A stretch of DNA of 64,000 nt from an uncultured Acidobacteriota bacterium (GTDB lineage Bacteria > Acidobacteriota > Vicinamibacteria > Fen-336), in contig OY970399.1 in assembly GCA_963720545.1 (NCBI GenBank), forward strand, positions 1,728,001 through 1,792,000, read 5' to 3'. The position numbers and the translations under genes were made by a program. A model generated the notes under the pieces. It did not search any database. It saw only the letters and a list, made by a program, of their open reading frames with translations, and was not told the DNA's origin. Shown here piece after piece: positions 60,334-64,000 of the stretch (position 1 is its first letter; each line of letters begins with the position of its first letter).

Positions 60334-62040
60334 ATGGCCCCGAGCGACAGCGACTTGAACGAGCTTTTCGGCGAGAAGGAGGCTACTCCTGCGTCCGAGG
60401 AGCCGCTCGTCACGCACGACCAGATCTTCGGCGAGATCCTGCGCGGACTAGGCGGCACTCCGTCGCCCACCGTGCGGCCGGGCGACGGCGAGGCGCCCAC
60501 CGGTCCGATCGCCGCGGCGCGTGCGCGCGGACCCGTGCGGGTGCAACTGGCCGAGCCGGTCGAAGGACGCCTGCAACGGCTCGAGACGCCGCAAAGCATC
60601 GAGCGCCTCGACGCCCTGATCGCCGAGTTCCGCGGGCGCGAAACGCGCGCCATTCATCCGCGGTCGAAAAAGACGGCGATCGCGCCGGTGGAGGAACTGC
60701 TCGGCCTCGACACCGCGGAGATGGCGCCGCCGCTTGCGCAGGGCCCGCCGAGCACGGAAACAGACATCCTCGACATGCTCGAGGCGGAGAAGCGCGCGCC
60801 GGAGGCCGACACCACGGCAGTCACCATCGCGCCCGGCGAGGAGACGCCGGCCGATGCCGCCGCGTCGCTCGTCGAGCTCGACCTCGCCGAACTCGTCGAG
60901 GATGCCGTCGCGGGCCGCAGGCCGTTCCTGCCGGCCGAACCGCTGAAGGGCGCTTACGGGCCGTACGAGCTCATCGAGCGCGTCGCGGTCGGCGGCATGG
61001 CCGAGGTGTATCGCGCTCGGCGCTCCGGGCCGGAAGGCTTCGCCAAGACCCTGGCGTTGAAGCGCATCCTCCCGCACCTCGCCACGCGCCCCGACTTCGT
61101 CGACTTGTTCGTCAACGAGGCGAAGATGGTCTCGCGCCTCGAACACCCCAACATCGTCGGCATCCAGGAGCTGGGCCGCACCGGGAACAGCTACTACATC
61201 GCCATGGAGTTCGTGAACGGCCAGGACCTGCGCGCCATCCTCGAGCGGCTGCGCAACCGCGGCCGCAAGATGCCGCTCGACATCGCGGTGTTCCTGGGCC
61301 GCAAGGTGTGCGCGGCGCTCGACTACGCGCACAAGGCGAAGCAGGACGACGGCTCGCCGGTCGGCATCGTGCACAGCGACATCAGCCCGCAGAACATCCT
61401 GGTCTCATACGAGGGCGAGGTGAAGCTCACCGACTTCGGCGTCGCCAAGGCCTCGAGCCGCGCCTCCGAAGGCGACGACGGGCTGCTGCGCGGCAAGCTC
61501 TTCTACATGAGCCCCGAGCAGGCGTCGGGCGAGCCGGTCGACCATCGCTCCGACATCTTTTCGCTCGGCATAGTGCTCTACGAGATGACGACCGGCGTGA
61601 AGCCGTTCTCCGGCGGCGACGAAGGTGCCCTCTACGCGGCCCTGCGCGGCGGCCGCGTGCAGGCGCCGTCGAACCTCAACGCCGGCATCCCCGACCGCCT
61701 GTCGGAGACCATCCTGAAGGCGCTGGAACGCGACCAGGACCATCGCTTCGAGGATGCGGCGGCGCTGTCGAAGGCGCTCGAGCGCAGCCTCGACGGCCCG
61801 GGCGTCGAAACGCCCGAGCTGGCGCGCTTCATGGAGCTTCTGTTCGACGACCGGCCGCGGCCCGCTGCGCCGCCGGCCCACGCCAGCCACGCGACCGGCA
61901 CGGGTTCGGTCGCGGTGGTGATCGAGGTGGACGACGGCACGGCCGGCGGCGAAGGCGTCGCCATGCCATCGCTCGAGCGCATCGCGACGGCGGAGCACGC
62001 CTCGACGATCAAGCGCGCATGGAAGAAGATCTTCGGCTAG
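60334..62040 (+). CDS. Ser/Thr protein kinase with acidic N-terminal extension
   Basis: GGMAEVY, LALK, HSDISPQN, DFG, YMSPE; ORF open from 60241. Confidence 0.88.
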   Translation: MAPSDSDLNELFGEKEATPASEEPLVTHDQIFGEILRGLGGTPSPTVRPGDGEAPTGPIAAARARGPVRVQLAEPVEGRLQRLETPQSIERLDALIAEFRGRETRAIHPRSKKTAIAPVEELLGLDTAEMAPPLAQGPPSTETDILDMLEAEKRAPEADTTAVTIAPGEETPADAAASLVELDLAELVEDAVAGRRPFLPAEPLKGAYGPYELIERVAVGGMAEVYRARRSGPEGFAKTLALKRILPHLATRPDFVDLFVNEAKMVSRLEHPNIVGIQELGRTGNSYYIAMEFVNGQDLRAILERLRNRGRKMPLDIAVFLGRKVCAALDYAHKAKQDDGSPVGIVHSDISPQNILVSYEGEVKLTDFGVAKASSRASEGDDGLLRGKLFYMSPEQASGEPVDHRSDIFSLGIVLYEMTTGVKPFSGGDEGALYAALRGGRVQAPSNLNAGIPDRLSETILKALERDQDHRFEDAAALSKALERSLDGPGVETPELARFMELLFDDRPRPAAPPAHASHATGTGSVAVVIEVDDGTAGGEGVAMPSLERIATAEHASTIKRAWKKIFG

Positions 62041-62066
62041 AACCGGATTCAAAGGGAGACACACCA

Positions 62067-62309
62067 GTGGCGCTTTCCAGGGAACAAGAAGACTTCTATC
62101 GCCAGTCGCTGTCGATCACCCGCAGCCAGCTCGACGACCTCAACGGCCAGATCGAGGAAGAGCTCGCCAAGGTGCGCGAACGCCTGAGCGACCTGCAGAC
62201 GCAGAAGGAAGCGGCGCGGCAGATCTATGACGGCGCCTGCCGCATGCTCGGCATCGAGAACGACATCGAACAGGCCGATGCGGCGGCCGCGGCGGCCGTG
62301 CAGAGCTAG
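62067..62309 (+). CDS. Small coiled-coil protein (80 aa)
   Basis: AAGGGAG RBS, GTG start; heptad pattern LDDLNGQIEEELAKVRERLSDLQ. Confidence 0.7.
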   Translation: MALSREQEDFYRQSLSITRSQLDDLNGQIEEELAKVRERLSDLQTQKEAARQIYDGACRMLGIENDIEQADAAAAAAVQS

Positions 62310-62321
62310 GGCGGCCGCGAG

Positions 62322-63167
62322 TTGGCCTGGTTCCGGCGCGAACGCGCGCCGCTGCAGCGCAGCGACAAGGAGAGCCGCGTCCCCGAAGGACTGTGGGTCA
62401 AGTGTCCCGGCTGCAAGGAAATGCTCTACCGCAAGGAAGTGGTCCGCAACCTCCAGGTGTGCCCCAAGTGCGCGCACCATTTCCGGGTGACGGCGCGCGA
62501 GCGGCTCGACCTGCTGCTCGACCCGGGCTGGACCGAGTTCGACGCCGACCTGGTGAGCCTCGACCCGCTCGCGTTCCGCGACACCAAGGAATACAAGGCG
62601 CGCCTCATCGAGGCCAAGGCGAAGACGCGCAGCGCCGACGCCATCGTCACCGCCGAAGGCACCATGGAGGGCCGGGCGGTGGTGGTGGGCGCGATGGAGT
62701 ACAACTTCATCGGCGGCTCGATGGGCGTGGTGGTCGGCGAGAAGGTGACGCGCGCCATCGAGAAGGGATTCGCGACCCGGCGGCCGGTGATCGTGGTTTC
62801 GTGCTCGGGCGGTGCGCGCATGATGGAAGGCACTCTGTCGCTCATGCAGATGGCGAAGATCAGCGCCGCGCTCGCCCGCCTCGACAGCGCCTCGATCCCG
62901 TTCATCAGCGTGCTCACCGACCCCACCACCGGCGGCGTCACCGCTTCCTATGCGATGCTCGGCGACCTCAACGTGGCCGAGCCGAAGGCGCTCATCGGCT
63001 TCGCCGGACCGCGGGTGATCGAGCAGACCATCCGCCAGAAGCTGCCGGCGGGCTTCCAGCGCAGCGAGTTCCTGCTGCAGCACGGCATGCTCGACATGAT
63101 CGTCGACCGCCGCGAGATGAAGAAGACGGTCGCGCGCTGCCTCGACCTGCTGATCGACGTCGCGTGA
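62322..63167 (+). CDS. accD: Acetyl-CoA carboxylase carboxyltransferase beta subunit
   Basis: LWVKCPGC..VCPKC zinc finger, GGSMG, SGGARMMEG, PTTGGVTASYA, IGFAGPRVIEQT. Confidence 0.97.
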   Translation: MAWFRRERAPLQRSDKESRVPEGLWVKCPGCKEMLYRKEVVRNLQVCPKCAHHFRVTARERLDLLLDPGWTEFDADLVSLDPLAFRDTKEYKARLIEAKAKTRSADAIVTAEGTMEGRAVVVGAMEYNFIGGSMGVVVGEKVTRAIEKGFATRRPVIVVSCSGGARMMEGTLSLMQMAKISAALARLDSASIPFISVLTDPTTGGVTASYAMLGDLNVAEPKALIGFAGPRVIEQTIRQKLPAGFQRSEFLLQHGMLDMIVDRREMKKTVARCLDLLIDVA

Positions 63168-63565
63168 CGCAAGGAGGCGCCGCCGCGCCTCTGACTCTCC
63201 TGCTCCTGCCCGGCCGCGTGGCGGTCGCGCGCCTCGGTCCTCTCGAGCCGATACCCGCGTGGGCCGCCACGCAGCCCTTCTTCTCGATCACCCGCACTGC
63301 CGGCGAGCTGTCGATCGCGTGTGCGGAGCACGCGGTGCCGCAAGGTGTGGTCGCCGAGCGCGGCTGGCGGATGCTGCAGGTGCAGGGCGTCCTCGACTTT
63401 GCCCTGGTCGGCATCCTCGCAAGCCTCGCAGCACCGCTGGCACAGGCCGGCATCTCGATCTTTTCCGTGTCCACGTTCGACACCGACGCGGTGCTGGTAA
63501 AAGAGGACAAGAGGGCGCAGGCCATCGCCGCGCTGCGCGCGGCGGGCCATCAAGTGATCGAGTGA
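63164..63565 (+). CDS. ACT-domain protein
   Basis: FFSITRTAGELSIAC, LDFALVGILA, ISIFSVSTFDTD. Confidence 0.88.
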   Translation: MTQGGAAAPLTLLLLPGRVAVARLGPLEPIPAWAATQPFFSITRTAGELSIACAEHAVPQGVVAERGWRMLQVQGVLDFALVGILASLAAPLAQAGISIFSVSTFDTDAVLVKEDKRAQAIAALRAAGHQVIE

Positions 63566-64000
63566 GGCCAGAGCGTTTCAGCGCGTTCGTGCTCGCCGGC
63601 GCAGTGGCGGTTGCCGCCGCGACGGTGCTGGTCGCGACGCGCGGGGAGGACGTCGCGACCGCGGCCGCGCTGCCTGCAGGCGCGCGCCGGCCGCTGCCGC
63701 CGTCGGCACAGCGGACGCTGATGCTGCGCGGTGGAACCGCCGCGGAGCCGCTGCGCTTCCTGCTCTCGCTGCCGAGCGGCTATGAGGAAGGCACCGGGCT
63801 CTGGCCGATGATCCTCTACCTGCATGGCCGCTCGCGGCGCGGCAACGACCTCGCCACCCTGCGGCAGTTCAGCCTGCCGGCGGTCGTGGACCGGCGCGAT
63901 ATCCCTTTCATCGTCGTCTCGCCGCAGTGCCCCGACGGCAAGTCGTGGCTGGACGTCACCGGGTTCGACTCGCTCCTCGACACCCTGGTCAAGACCTGGC
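63562..64000 (+). CDS. Phospholipase/carboxylesterase-like alpha/beta hydrolase, 3'-truncated by window edge
   Basis: Translated by hand: LPSGY...WPMILYLHG...PFIVVSPQCP; GTGA overlap with the ACT gene. Confidence 0.75.
   Translation, partial: MRPERFSAFVLAGAVAVAAATVLVATRGEDVATAAALPAGARRPLPPSAQRTLMLRGGTAAEPLRFLLSLPSGYEEGTGLWPMILYLHGRSRRGNDLATLRQFSLPAVVDRRDIPFIVVSPQCPDGKSWLDVTGFDSLLDTLVKTW

Overview
High-GC bacterial chromosome segment, most likely Acidobacteriota. This is inferred from an ADOP-type permease, an Oar-like TonB-dependent receptor and a kinase-TolB_N-TPR protein. About 50 CDS and one tRNA-Arg(ACG) can be supported. The left ~8 kb, downstream of the tRNA 3' end, looks like a decaying accessory island. 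It holds two broken genes and an exported atypical-kinase-like protein. Core-like modules follow: a YknWXYZ/MacAB-like ABC exporter with an ECF-type promoter, a btpA-pfkB-psuG-M24 operon (probable C-nucleoside/pseudouridine catabolism), a lone tldD, a TonB receptor plus hydrolase, and lhr-nei DNA repair. Further right are tandem Thr-type sulfatase-like lipoproteins, peptidases, an RND pump, the glyoxylate shunt (aceB-aceA) with a RamB/ScfR regulator, a divergent pseudokinase/kinase pair and accD. The most unusual non-coding signal is a family of ~47-bp REP-like repeats combined with ACT-N3-TCCGGA-N3-AGT palindromes. These bracket lhr-nei and form a ~410-bp inverted, MITE/REPIN-like composite. 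No CRISPR array, integrase or transposase was seen. All product calls come from motif recognition only; no database searches were run.
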